A DNA stretch of 48,015 nt from NCBI GenBank assembly GCA_016217725.1, contig JACRHB010000081.1, positions 1-48,015 of the forward strand. The letters run 5' to 3'. A program made the position numbers and the translations under genes. Position 1 is the stretch's first letter; every line of letters begins with the position of its first letter. The notes under the pieces were generated by a model. That model had not been told where the DNA came from. It saw only the letters and a program-made list of their open reading frames with translations, and ran no database searches. Source of the stretch: Nitrospirota bacterium. GTDB taxonomy: Bacteria; Nitrospirota; Thermodesulfovibrionia; UBA6902. Positions 9,604 through 16,944 of this stretch are shown piece after piece.

Positions 9604-9960
9604 ATGGCAAAGAAGATCACGTTGTTCCTGAATACATCTCCTTACAGCTATGAAAACACTTACACGGCGATGAAGATCGCTGAAGCCGCTCTTGAAAAAG
9701 GATTGCAGACGCACGTTGTAGCGTCTGCCGACGGCGTCTACAATTTCCTCAACGGACAAAAAGGCAAAGGACTTCCCCATGCCGCAGATGGATTTAAAGC
9801 GTTGATGGACAAAGGACTGAAAGTCGACCTCTGAGGCGGCTGTGTGAACTTCCGTTGTATTACGGGAGCGAGTTACATCGAAGGGACCAATAAAGGCGCT
9901 TTGAAGGGCCTTTTCTCATTAATGAAGCAATCGGATATTTTTGTTAACCTGGGGTTTTAG
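9604..9960 (+). CDS. DsrE/TusD-like sulfur-relay protein with in-frame TGA (9832-9834) read as selenocysteine
   Basis: ORF track ends at TGA after 76 aa. The same frame continues GGCVNFRCITG...VNLGF to TAG 9958-9960 (118 codons, normal DsrE size). TGA falls where homologues carry the catalytic Cys, giving U-G-G-C. Hairpin 14 nt downstream. Confidence 0.65.
9849..9868 (+). promoter_or_regulatory. SECIS-like stem-loop
   Basis: cttccgt / acgggag forms a 7-bp stem (one G-U) with loop tgtatt. It begins 14 nt 3' of TGA 9832-9834. Confidence 0.45.
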
Positions 9961-9995
9961 AGATACTTTTTGAAAAGCACACAAATATATAAAAT

Positions 9996-10070
9996 GTCAT
10001 TCTGAGGGACAAAGTTCCGAAGAATCTTTGAATATACAAAGGCGAGATTCTTCGCTTCGCTCAGAATGAC
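9996..10070. mobile_element. MITE/REP-like palindromic element, GTCATTC...GAATGAC family (copy 1)
   Basis: Terminal inverted repeats GTCATTCTGAG / CTCAGAATGAC. Internal cgaagaatc / gattcttcg arms. Sits between the dsrE-like and dsrH-like genes. Confidence 0.65.
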
Positions 10071-10086
10071 AAAGACGGAGATAAAG

Positions 10087-10350
10087 ATGCTTTTCCTTAT
10101 ATCGAGCGCACCGGATACAAAAGAGTTCAAGACCGCTTATGCGATGGCAAATGATATGAATGCCGACATCTGCCTTTTGCAAAATGCAGTCTACGCTTCA
10201 AGCAGCTCGAAAGACAAGACTTTATACGTGATGAGTGGCGATATGAAACTGAGAGGCTTAAGCGAAAATGAAATCTCCGGCAGGCTGATAGATTATAGTC
10301 AATTAATAGACTTAATGACTGAGACCGATAAAGTTGTCGGAATATTTTAG
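10087..10350 (+). CDS. DsrH/TusB-like sulfur-relay protein
   Basis: MLFLISS..ADICLLQNAVYA..LYVMSGDMKLRGL..LIDYSQLIDL parallels E. coli TusB (LLLLQDGV, VYAL.EDL.ARGL, IDY.DFV). Start moved from 10066 because 10066-10070 lies inside a repeat element. GGAG 6 nt before ATG 10087. Confidence 0.75.
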   Translation: MLFLISSAPDTKEFKTAYAMANDMNADICLLQNAVYASSSSKDKTLYVMSGDMKLRGLSENEISGRLIDYSQLIDLMTETDKVVGIF

Positions 10351-10359
10351 GGCACCTAA

Positions 10360-10417
10360 GTCATTCCAGCTTGTCTGGAATCTTTTTGGGAAACGATTCC
10401 GAACAAGTCGGAATGAC
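10360..10417. mobile_element. MITE/REP-like element, same family (copy 2)
   Basis: GTCATTCCAGCTTGTCTGGAATC ... GATTCCGAACAAGTCGGAATGAC. Confidence 0.65.
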
Positions 10418-10457
10418 TGCAACTGAATAACAAGTTAAAATTTTACAGGAGGAAGAT

Positions 10458-11705
10458 ATGGCAGGCAAAACCATAGTGGTTCTCGGCGCCGGGGTCGGCG
10501 GATTGGTAACCGCAAATGAACTGCGGAAGAAATTGGGCGTGGAGCACAAAATAATTTTAATAGACAAATCGAAGGAGCACGTTTCATATTCCTCCGCCTT
10601 ATGGGTAATAACGGGCGATAGAGCTATCGAAGAAATCAAAAAGCCGGTCACACGTCTGCTGCAAAGCAATATAGAATTTCTCAATGAAGAAATTCAAAAG
10701 ATCGATCCCGCAGGCAAAATCGTTAAAACTGCAACGAAAGAGATCCGCTTCGATTATCTTGTCATCTCGCTCGGGGTTTCCTTAACGCCTGAAATAGTGC
10801 CGGGGCTGACGGACGCGCTTCAAAAGAATGCCTGCAATTTTTATGATCTTAACGGGGTCACAAAGGCAAGAGACGTGATAAAGGGCTTTACCAAAGGCAC
10901 GATAATAATCATGGTCTCTGCCCTGCCATATAAATGTCCTGTTGCGCCGAATGAGTTTTCTCTTCTGCTGAACTCTTATTTCACTCGGAGAGGCGTCAGA
11001 AAGGACGTCAAAATTAAAGTTTGCACGCCCGAAGTCCTCCCGATGGGCGGCAACGGTCCCAAGACAGGAGGCATCGTTAAAGGTTTGATGGAGAGCGCCG
11101 GGGTGGAGTACAATTCCCAGCATGTGCTGCAATCCGTCAACGCAGAGAAAAACGAAGTGGTGTTTGACAAAGGCAAGATGAACTACGATCTGCTGCTGGC
11201 AATACCGCCGCATAAAGCGCCGAAGGTGATTGTCGAGGCAGGATTGGCTGAACCGGACTGGATCCCCGTGGACAAGGGAACTTTGAAAACGAAATTCGAC
11301 AAGGTTTATGCGCTCGGCGACGTGGTAAAGGTGAAGCTTCCCGGTGAATGGAAACAGGGCGTGCCCTTGATGCTTTCAAAAGGCGGCGTCTTCGCGCATT
11401 TTGAGGCAAAGGTAATTGCGGAAAATATCGCCAATGAGATTTCGGGTAAAAAAGAAAGAATCGAATATGCAGGACGCGCAGCATGCTTTGTTGAGGCAGG
11501 CTTCGGAAAGGCTGGTCTTGCGCAGGGATATTTCTTTGCAACGCCGACGCCGGATACCGTTTTCCTGCAGCCGTCAAAGATGCTGCACTTCAGCAAAATC
11601 ATGTTTGAAAAATACTGGCTCTCCGAATCGGCGCTGTTCAGAGGAATAATGGACTTCTTCATGGAGAACTGGATGTACGGGGAATATAAGAGGAAAGTGG
11701 TTTAG
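10458..11705 (+). CDS. Sulfide:quinone oxidoreductase-like FAD-dependent oxidoreductase
   Basis: N-terminal VVLGAGVGGL Rossmann motif. Cys motifs YKCPVAP and RAACFVEAG. LGDV FAD-binding motif. AGGAGG-like SD upstream. Confidence 0.75.
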   Translation: MAGKTIVVLGAGVGGLVTANELRKKLGVEHKIILIDKSKEHVSYSSALWVITGDRAIEEIKKPVTRLLQSNIEFLNEEIQKIDPAGKIVKTATKEIRFDYLVISLGVSLTPEIVPGLTDALQKNACNFYDLNGVTKARDVIKGFTKGTIIIMVSALPYKCPVAPNEFSLLLNSYFTRRGVRKDVKIKVCTPEVLPMGGNGPKTGGIVKGLMESAGVEYNSQHVLQSVNAEKNEVVFDKGKMNYDLLLAIPPHKAPKVIVEAGLAEPDWIPVDKGTLKTKFDKVYALGDVVKVKLPGEWKQGVPLMLSKGGVFAHFEAKVIAENIANEISGKKERIEYAGRAACFVEAGFGKAGLAQGYFFATPTPDTVFLQPSKMLHFSKIMFEKYWLSESALFRGIMDFFMENWMYGEYKRKVV

Positions 11706-11825
11706 CCACAGACTTTCACTGAATAAAGAACTAAGATCAAAGAGCCAACATCATCTTCCTTTAATCTTTGCTCTTTGTTCTATCAGTCTGTCTTTTTGTC
11801 TGTGTCAGTCAGTGGCAAAAAAAAT

Positions 11826-12614
11826 ATGGACCTCCCTTTTCTGACAACACTCGTTGCCCTCGGGCTCGGCGGCGGTTTTCTCTCCGGGCTTCTCGGGCTC
11901 GGCGGAGCGATCTTTATGATCCCGCTGCTGCTTTACGTTCCTCCTCTTTTAGGCGTTGGGCATCTCGACATGAAACAGGTTGCGGCCATCAGCATGGTTC
12001 AGGTGCTTTCCGCTTCTCTTTCCGGACTTATCATTCATCATAAAAACCGTTTTGTCAGCAAATCGCTTCTTTTATACATGGGAGTTTGCAATGCGATAGG
12101 CAATCTCGCAGGCTCGGTATTCTCAAAACACACAAAGAGCGATTTCCTTCTTGCGATATTCGCCGCAATGGCTGTAATTGCGTCAATCGTCATGTTCATC
12201 CCGAAGCGTGAGCAGGGGGAGAATATCCCGCCCGACGAGCTTCAATACAAAAAACCGCTTGCTTGCTTCTTCAGTCTATTGATCGGTTCCTTCGGCGGAA
12301 TGGTGGGCGCCCCCGGCGCTTTCATCTATATACCGGTTATGATTTATTTGTTGAATATCCCGACACGCATCGTCATCGGCAGCACGCTTGGAATAGTTTT
12401 TCTCGGCGCGATTACGGGCACCATAGGCAAAATGGCTACAGGACAGATTATCTGGCCGTACGCAATAGCCCTTGTCATCGGCACAGTGCCGGGGGCGCAA
12501 TTCGGCGGGAACGTCAGCAAGAAGGTAAATACGAAATATCTGCGACTTGCCATTGCGGTTATCATAGCGATCACAGGACTTCGGATGTGGTATCAGGTGG
12601 TGACGGGGCAATAA
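11826..12614 (+). CDS. TauE/SafE (TSUP) family anion exporter
   Basis: Polytopic membrane protein with LGLGGGFLSGLLGLGGAIFMIPLL and a second GxxGxPG half. ATG 11826 preferred over the longer ORF-track start 11775. Confidence 0.75.
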   Translation: MDLPFLTTLVALGLGGGFLSGLLGLGGAIFMIPLLLYVPPLLGVGHLDMKQVAAISMVQVLSASLSGLIIHHKNRFVSKSLLLYMGVCNAIGNLAGSVFSKHTKSDFLLAIFAAMAVIASIVMFIPKREQGENIPPDELQYKKPLACFFSLLIGSFGGMVGAPGAFIYIPVMIYLLNIPTRIVIGSTLGIVFLGAITGTIGKMATGQIIWPYAIALVIGTVPGAQFGGNVSKKVNTKYLRLAIAVIIAITGLRMWYQVVTGQ

Positions 12615-12761
12615 ATATTATGAATATGAGGAGATTTACCCTGGAGAGTTTCTGAAGCAGCTTGCTGTAACTTTTCATTGGAAAGTGCTAAGCTTTCAAA
12701 TATGAAAACAGCCTTATGCGCTGAATTTGATAAAAACTAAAGATGAAAGGAGGTGGAGAGA

Positions 12762-13148
12762 ATGAGATTTTTAAAAATAATATTGCTCTCCATGATTGCC
12801 GCGGCTTTTCTTGCATCGTTCGTGCTCGCAGCAGGGATGGAAGGCAGCGCCGAAAAAGGGAAGGCCTACTTTAATGACGCAAAATTCGCCGGAGGAGCTG
12901 CTTCATGCGGTTCATGTCATCCCAACGGAAAGGGCCTGGACAAGGCTGCCGTGAAGATGCAGTGGAAGAATCCGGCAGGGACGTGGCTTAACCTTGAAGA
13001 TACGATCAACGTATGCATCATCATGGGGAACAAGGGCAAGGCCATTGATCCGAAATCCGCTGAAATGATGGATTTGATCGCCTATCTCAAATCCCTTGGC
13101 AAAGAGACGAAGGAAATGCCCAAGAAGGGAAAGACCGGAGGCTATTAA
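12762..13148 (+). CDS. Periplasmic mono-haem cytochrome c
   Basis: Signal peptide, CGSCH haem-binding motif, distal Met region. AAGGAGG 8 nt before ATG 12762 (ORF track starts at GTG 12753). Confidence 0.8.
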   Translation: MRFLKIILLSMIAAAFLASFVLAAGMEGSAEKGKAYFNDAKFAGGAASCGSCHPNGKGLDKAAVKMQWKNPAGTWLNLEDTINVCIIMGNKGKAIDPKSAEMMDLIAYLKSLGKETKEMPKKGKTGGY

Positions 13149-13170
13149 ACAATAAGGAGTTAAGAGTAAG

Positions 13171-13193
13171 GGCGGGGTCACCCCGCCTTTTTT
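13171..13193. terminator. Intrinsic terminator between convergent cytochrome c and PilZ genes
   Basis: ggcgggg-tca-ccccgcc stem followed by T6. Preceded by AAGGAGT TAAGAGT heptamers (13154-13167). Confidence 0.75.
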
Positions 13194-13239
13194 AATTCCC
13201 CGCGTCTCCGTATCATTTTCTGTCTATTGTGACGGACTA

Positions 13240-13953
13240 TTACAAGACCACTACGGAATCATCGGAGCCGAAGGAATTGGGGACGTATTTATCAGCGGAC
13301 CAATCGTTCTCCCAGTGATGACCGTCTATGAGATATTTAAACCTGTACTCCTTCTTGCCGTTCAATTTTAGAGATGCGGTAAAATCGCCGTTTTCAAGTT
13401 TTGTCATCGGCGCTGCGGACGCGTCCCAGGCATTAAAGTCTCCGACGATTACAACGCTCCCTGCGTCAGGCGCAGCCTCTTTAGGCAGCCTGAAGGTCAC
13501 CTCGCACTTCCCGTCTTTAAGATACTGTTTTAAAAGTCCTGATCTCTGAAGCTCCGAAGACTGTTCTTCAGTTTTGACGGGTTTTGTTTCCTTGCTCTTC
13601 AAAAGGGCGTCAAGAGGAATATTAGCATTGCATGAGATTTTCTCTATTAAATCATTTTTAATATTTTCCTCTTCAAAGCGGAATTTGATCCCGGCGCAGC
13701 TTATCTTCCCATCCCGCTTTTTCCACATAATGTTGCCGAAGAGAGAAATAGACGAATTGCCGCGGGGAAACTTCATCTCCATTTCCAGGTTCTCGAACTT
13801 GATGAAATTGAAGTCGCGCGCTTCAAGACAAAGCCCTCCGAGGGAGATGTTTTTAGTCAGCCCCAGGTGGTATTGGGTTGCTCCGTAAGTCGGCCTGAAT
13901 TTTACGATAAGAGGCAGGTCGAATCTTCCAAATTCCCTTTTACTCTCCAACAT
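13240..13953 (-). CDS. PilZ domain - CBM48 (glycogen-binding, AMPK-beta-like) fusion protein
   Basis: N-terminus carries REFGR (RxxxR) and NISLGG (N-x-S-x-x-G), the PilZ c-di-GMP motifs. C-terminus VIVGDFNAWD...MTKLENGDFTASLKL..KEYRFKYLIDGHHWENDW is a CBM48/E-set pattern. Confidence 0.75.
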   Translation of the reverse strand: MLESKREFGRFDLPLIVKFRPTYGATQYHLGLTKNISLGGLCLEARDFNFIKFENLEMEMKFPRGNSSISLFGNIMWKKRDGKISCAGIKFRFEEENIKNDLIEKISCNANIPLDALLKSKETKPVKTEEQSSELQRSGLLKQYLKDGKCEVTFRLPKEAAPDAGSVVIVGDFNAWDASAAPMTKLENGDFTASLKLNGKKEYRFKYLIDGHHWENDWSADKYVPNSFGSDDSVVVL

Positions 13954-14096
13954 GGTTTCTCTCCTTTCACGGTGAATTGATTTTTAAGATCGGAAATCGG
14001 ACATGCAAAATTATATAACGGGCTGAGATAAAAATAAAGAAAAAATTATAATTTGAGCAACCCTTCAGTGAAGGGCTACCCCTCGAGGTGAAAAAA

Positions 14097-14126
14097 TTGA
14101 CAATAAGCCTGGACACTCCTTATAAT
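14097..14126 (+). promoter_or_regulatory. Consensus sigma70-type promoter of the yceD-rpmF-plsX-fabH operon
   Basis: TTGACA (14097-14102), 18-nt spacer, TATAAT (14121-14126). Confidence 0.65.
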
Positions 14127-14156
14127 TTAAAGTCGAACTTAAGGTCGGTTATTATT

Positions 14157-14678
14157 ATGAAAATAATAATCTCGGATATCCCGGATGAAGGACTGATACA
14201 GGAAGCGGATCAGCCTTTATTAATAAATGACAATGCAAAACCCGATATCGCTCATGTCTTTATAAAAGCCGTCAGGTTCGGGAAAAGGGTTTTAGTTGAA
14301 GGCTTGGTAAAGATCTCCGCAACCTTAAAATGCAGCCGTTGTTTAACGGAATTCCCGCGGCCCTTTGATCTGGCATTTAAGGAGGAATATCTCCCTTCGG
14401 AAGATATAAGCAGAGACAAGGACCATGAATTGACGGGCGGTGAAATGGACGTGAGCTTTTACAGTAATGATGAATTGGATATCAGCGAGCTTTTAAAGGA
14501 GCAGGTCCTTCTTGCAGCGCCGATGAAACCTCTATGCCGCGATGATTGCAGGGGGTTATGCCCTGCGTGCGGAGAGGATTTGAATAAGGGCGCATGTGAT
14601 TGCAGGAAGGAAGAAATCGATCCGAGGCTTGCTTCTCTCGAAAAATTCAAAGAGCTGCTTAAAGAGCGAAAGGAGTAA
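14157..14678 (+). CDS. yceD: YceD/DUF177 family protein
   Basis: CSRCLTEF ... CRGLCPACGEDLNKGACDC zinc-ribbon pattern and the conserved position upstream of rpmF. Start moved to ATG 14157 because 14088-14126 is the promoter. Confidence 0.8.
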   Translation: MKIIISDIPDEGLIQEADQPLLINDNAKPDIAHVFIKAVRFGKRVLVEGLVKISATLKCSRCLTEFPRPFDLAFKEEYLPSEDISRDKDHELTGGEMDVSFYSNDELDISELLKEQVLLAAPMKPLCRDDCRGLCPACGEDLNKGACDCRKEEIDPRLASLEKFKELLKERKE

Positions 14679-14681
14679 AAA

Positions 14682-14873
14682 ATGGCAAATCCTACTTCAC
14701 GGCACTCAAAAGCCAGGAGAGACAAAAGACGCGCCAACTGGAAAATCCAGTCGGTGACTTTTTCCGTCTGCCCCGAGTGTCAGGAGCCGAAGCTTCCGCA
14801 CAGAGTATGCATGAGCTGCGGAACATATAACGGTAAAAAGATACTCGAAGTCGTAGAAAAAAAATCCGTATGA
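14682..14873 (+). CDS. rpmF: 50S ribosomal protein L32
   Basis: MANPTSRHSKARRDKRRANW..CPECQEPKLPHRVCMSCGTY. Confidence 0.95.
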   Translation: MANPTSRHSKARRDKRRANWKIQSVTFSVCPECQEPKLPHRVCMSCGTYNGKKILEVVEKKSV

Positions 14874-15895
14874 GGATAGCCCTTGACGCAATGGGCGGCG
14901 ATTACGCCCCTGCCGTAACCGTCGAAGGCGCGGTAGAGGCGCTCAGCGAGAACGACGAGCTTTCCGTCATACTCGTAGGCGATGAAGCGGAGATCTCCCG
15001 CGAGCTAAGGAAGAAAGCGTCCACGAGGCTGAAGATAAGCATCAAACACGCCTCGCAGACGGTCGAGATGGACGAATCTCCTCTTACGGCCTTAAGGCGC
15101 AAAAAGGACTCCTCGCTGAGGGTGGCCATCGACCTCGTTAAGGTCGGTGAGGCCGATGCAATGGTGAGCGCGGGTAATTCAGGCGTTGTGATGGCTACCG
15201 CCCTTCACGTCCTGGGAAAGATCCCCGGCATTGAAAGACCGGCCATAGCCGCGGTCATGCCCACATTGAAAGGCCGCTTTATCCTGATAGACGCAGGCGC
15301 AAACGTAGACTGCAAACCGGTCCACCTCCATCAGTTCGCCGTCATGGGAGAGGCTTACGCACGGTATATCTTCAACGTCGAAAGTCCCAAGATCGGACTG
15401 CTCGGGATAGGCGAAGAAGACGCAAAAGGCAATGAGCTCACGAGGGAGGCAATCAAGCTGTTAAGGAATTCGCACGTTAATTTTATCGGTAACGTAGAGG
15501 GCAAAGAGGTGTTCGCCGGAGAAGCGGACGTGGTCGTGTGCGACGGCTTCGTGGGCAATATAGCCCTTAAAATAAGCGAGGGTCTGGCCGAGGCGATAAC
15601 AAAGATGCTGAAGAGAGAGATCTCCGAAAACGCCGCCGGAAGGATCGGCTATCTGTTTTTAAAAGGCGCCCTCAAAAACTTCAAGAGAAAGACCGATTAT
15701 TCCGAATACGGAGGGGCGCCCCTCCTCGGGATCAACAAGCCCTGCATCATAAGTCACGGCCGCTCCACCTCAAAGGCCATTAAAAACGCAATAAAGGTTG
15801 CGGGGACCTTACACAGCAAAAACGTCCTGGGGATCATATCAAAGGAATGCAACGAGGGGCTGTCAAGGAGGGAAGAGGTTGTCGTTAAGGAGTAG
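14870..15895 (+). CDS. plsX: Phosphate acyltransferase PlsX
   Basis: MRIALDAMGGDYAP...SAGNSG...DGFVGN. ATGA overlap with rpmF. Confidence 0.95.
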   Translation: MRIALDAMGGDYAPAVTVEGAVEALSENDELSVILVGDEAEISRELRKKASTRLKISIKHASQTVEMDESPLTALRRKKDSSLRVAIDLVKVGEADAMVSAGNSGVVMATALHVLGKIPGIERPAIAAVMPTLKGRFILIDAGANVDCKPVHLHQFAVMGEAYARYIFNVESPKIGLLGIGEEDAKGNELTREAIKLLRNSHVNFIGNVEGKEVFAGEADVVVCDGFVGNIALKISEGLAEAITKMLKREISENAAGRIGYLFLKGALKNFKRKTDYSEYGGAPLLGINKPCIISHGRSTSKAIKNAIKVAGTLHSKNVLGIISKECNEGLSRREEVVVKE

Positions 15896-16862
15896 GATCA
15901 CAGGCACCGGCTCTTACGCGCCCGAAACCGTTCTTACCAATTCCGACCTTGAAAAAAAGGTGGATACCTCGGACGAGTGGATCACCGAAAGGACCGGCAT
16001 AAAAGAGCGCAGGATCGCAAAGAGCTCGGAGACGACTTCCGACCTGTGTCTTGAGGCCTCAAAAAACGCCCTGCAGGCGGCGGGTCTGAAGGCCTGGGAG
16101 CTAGACCTGATAATCGTCGCTACAATGAGCGGCGACATGCCTATGCCTTCAACCGCTTCACTGCTCCAGAAAAAACTCGGCGCCAAAAATGCAGGCGCTT
16201 TCGATCTCAATGCCGCATGCAGCGGTTTTCTTTACGGGCTTTCGGCTGCGGACAATTTTATAAAAGGCGGCGCAGTCAAGAGGATACTGCTTGTCGGCGC
16301 TGAAGTCATGTCAAAATTTATAGACTGGAAGGACCGTTCAACGTGCGTATTGTTCGGAGACGGCGCAGGCGCCGTGACGCTTGAGCCTTCGAGAGGTAAA
16401 AGGGGCGTGCTTTCAACCCATCTTTATTCGGACGGGAGCATGTGGGATTTTATATGTCTGCCCGGCGGCGGCTCTCAACACCCGCCTTCATCAAAAACCA
16501 TAAAAAATAAAATGCACTGTATAAAAATGAAGGGGAATGAGACCTTCAAGGTCGCAGTGAGGACCCTTGAAAAACTCGTTGTCGACACCCTTAAGAAAAA
16601 TAAGGTGAAGCCGTCCGAGCTTTCCATGCTGATCCCGCACCAGGCGAACCTCAGGATAATAAAGGCAACGGCTGAAAGACTGGACCTGCCGATGAGCAAG
16701 GTCGCGGTCAATCTCCACAGATACGGCAATACCTCAAGCGCTTCAATCCCGCTAGCCCTTGACGAGGTCGTTAGGGCTGGCAGGATAAAGAAAGACGATT
16801 ATATCCTGCTGGAGGCCTTCGGAGCGGGCCTGACCTGGGCGTCGGCGCTGATTAGATGGTGA
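15879..16862 (+). CDS. fabH: 3-oxoacyl-ACP synthase III
   Basis: RITGTGSYAPE, DEWITERTGI, active-site NAACSGF, HQANLRI, GNTSSASIP. TTG 15879 with AAGGAGGG 5 nt upstream is preferred over track start 15798, which overlaps plsX by about 100 nt. Confidence 0.9.
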   Translation: MSLRSRITGTGSYAPETVLTNSDLEKKVDTSDEWITERTGIKERRIAKSSETTSDLCLEASKNALQAAGLKAWELDLIIVATMSGDMPMPSTASLLQKKLGAKNAGAFDLNAACSGFLYGLSAADNFIKGGAVKRILLVGAEVMSKFIDWKDRSTCVLFGDGAGAVTLEPSRGKRGVLSTHLYSDGSMWDFICLPGGGSQHPPSSKTIKNKMHCIKMKGNETFKVAVRTLEKLVVDTLKKNKVKPSELSMLIPHQANLRIIKATAERLDLPMSKVAVNLHRYGNTSSASIPLALDEVVRAGRIKKDDYILLEAFGAGLTWASALIRW

Positions 16863-16866
16863 AATT

Positions 16867-16934
16867 AGTTTTTAGTTGTTGGTTGTTAGTTTTCAGTCTA
16901 ACAACTAACAACTAACAACTAACAACTAAAAACT
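16867..16934. repeat. AGTTGTT/AACAACT heptamer-built hairpin (family H, copy 1)
   Basis: agtttttagttgttggttgttagtt ... aactaacaactaacaactaacaactaaaaact. Lies between fabH and acd. Confidence 0.8.
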
Positions 16935-16944
16935 TTCTGGAGGC

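Noticed and set aside
9604-9834. Treating the 76-aa ORF as a truncated DsrE pseudogene or assembly error
   Set aside because: This was not adopted as the primary call. The downstream frame stays open for exactly the missing C-terminal third, the TGA aligns with the expected catalytic Cys position, and a hairpin sits at SECIS distance. It remains the alternative hypothesis.
10361-11662. Several 66-146-aa minus-strand ORFs and a 77-aa plus-strand ORF
   Set aside because: All overlap the SQR-like gene. The one starting at 10684 also runs into a MITE-like repeat.
14088-14156. N-terminal extension of yceD from the ORF-track start
   Set aside because: The extension is encoded by a consensus TTGACA-18-TATAAT promoter, so translation more plausibly starts at ATG 14157.
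15798-15878. N-terminal extension of fabH overlapping plsX by ~100 nt
   Set aside because: FabH homology begins at RITGTGSY, and a TTG with a strong SD lies at 15879.
16867-16934. Possible CRISPR array or other spaced-repeat locus (also 30716-30765, 36589-36648, 45153-45199, 24136-24170)
   Set aside because: The repeat unit is only 7 nt, the units abut without spacers, and the arrays are 20-70 nt long and self-complementary. No cas genes are present.
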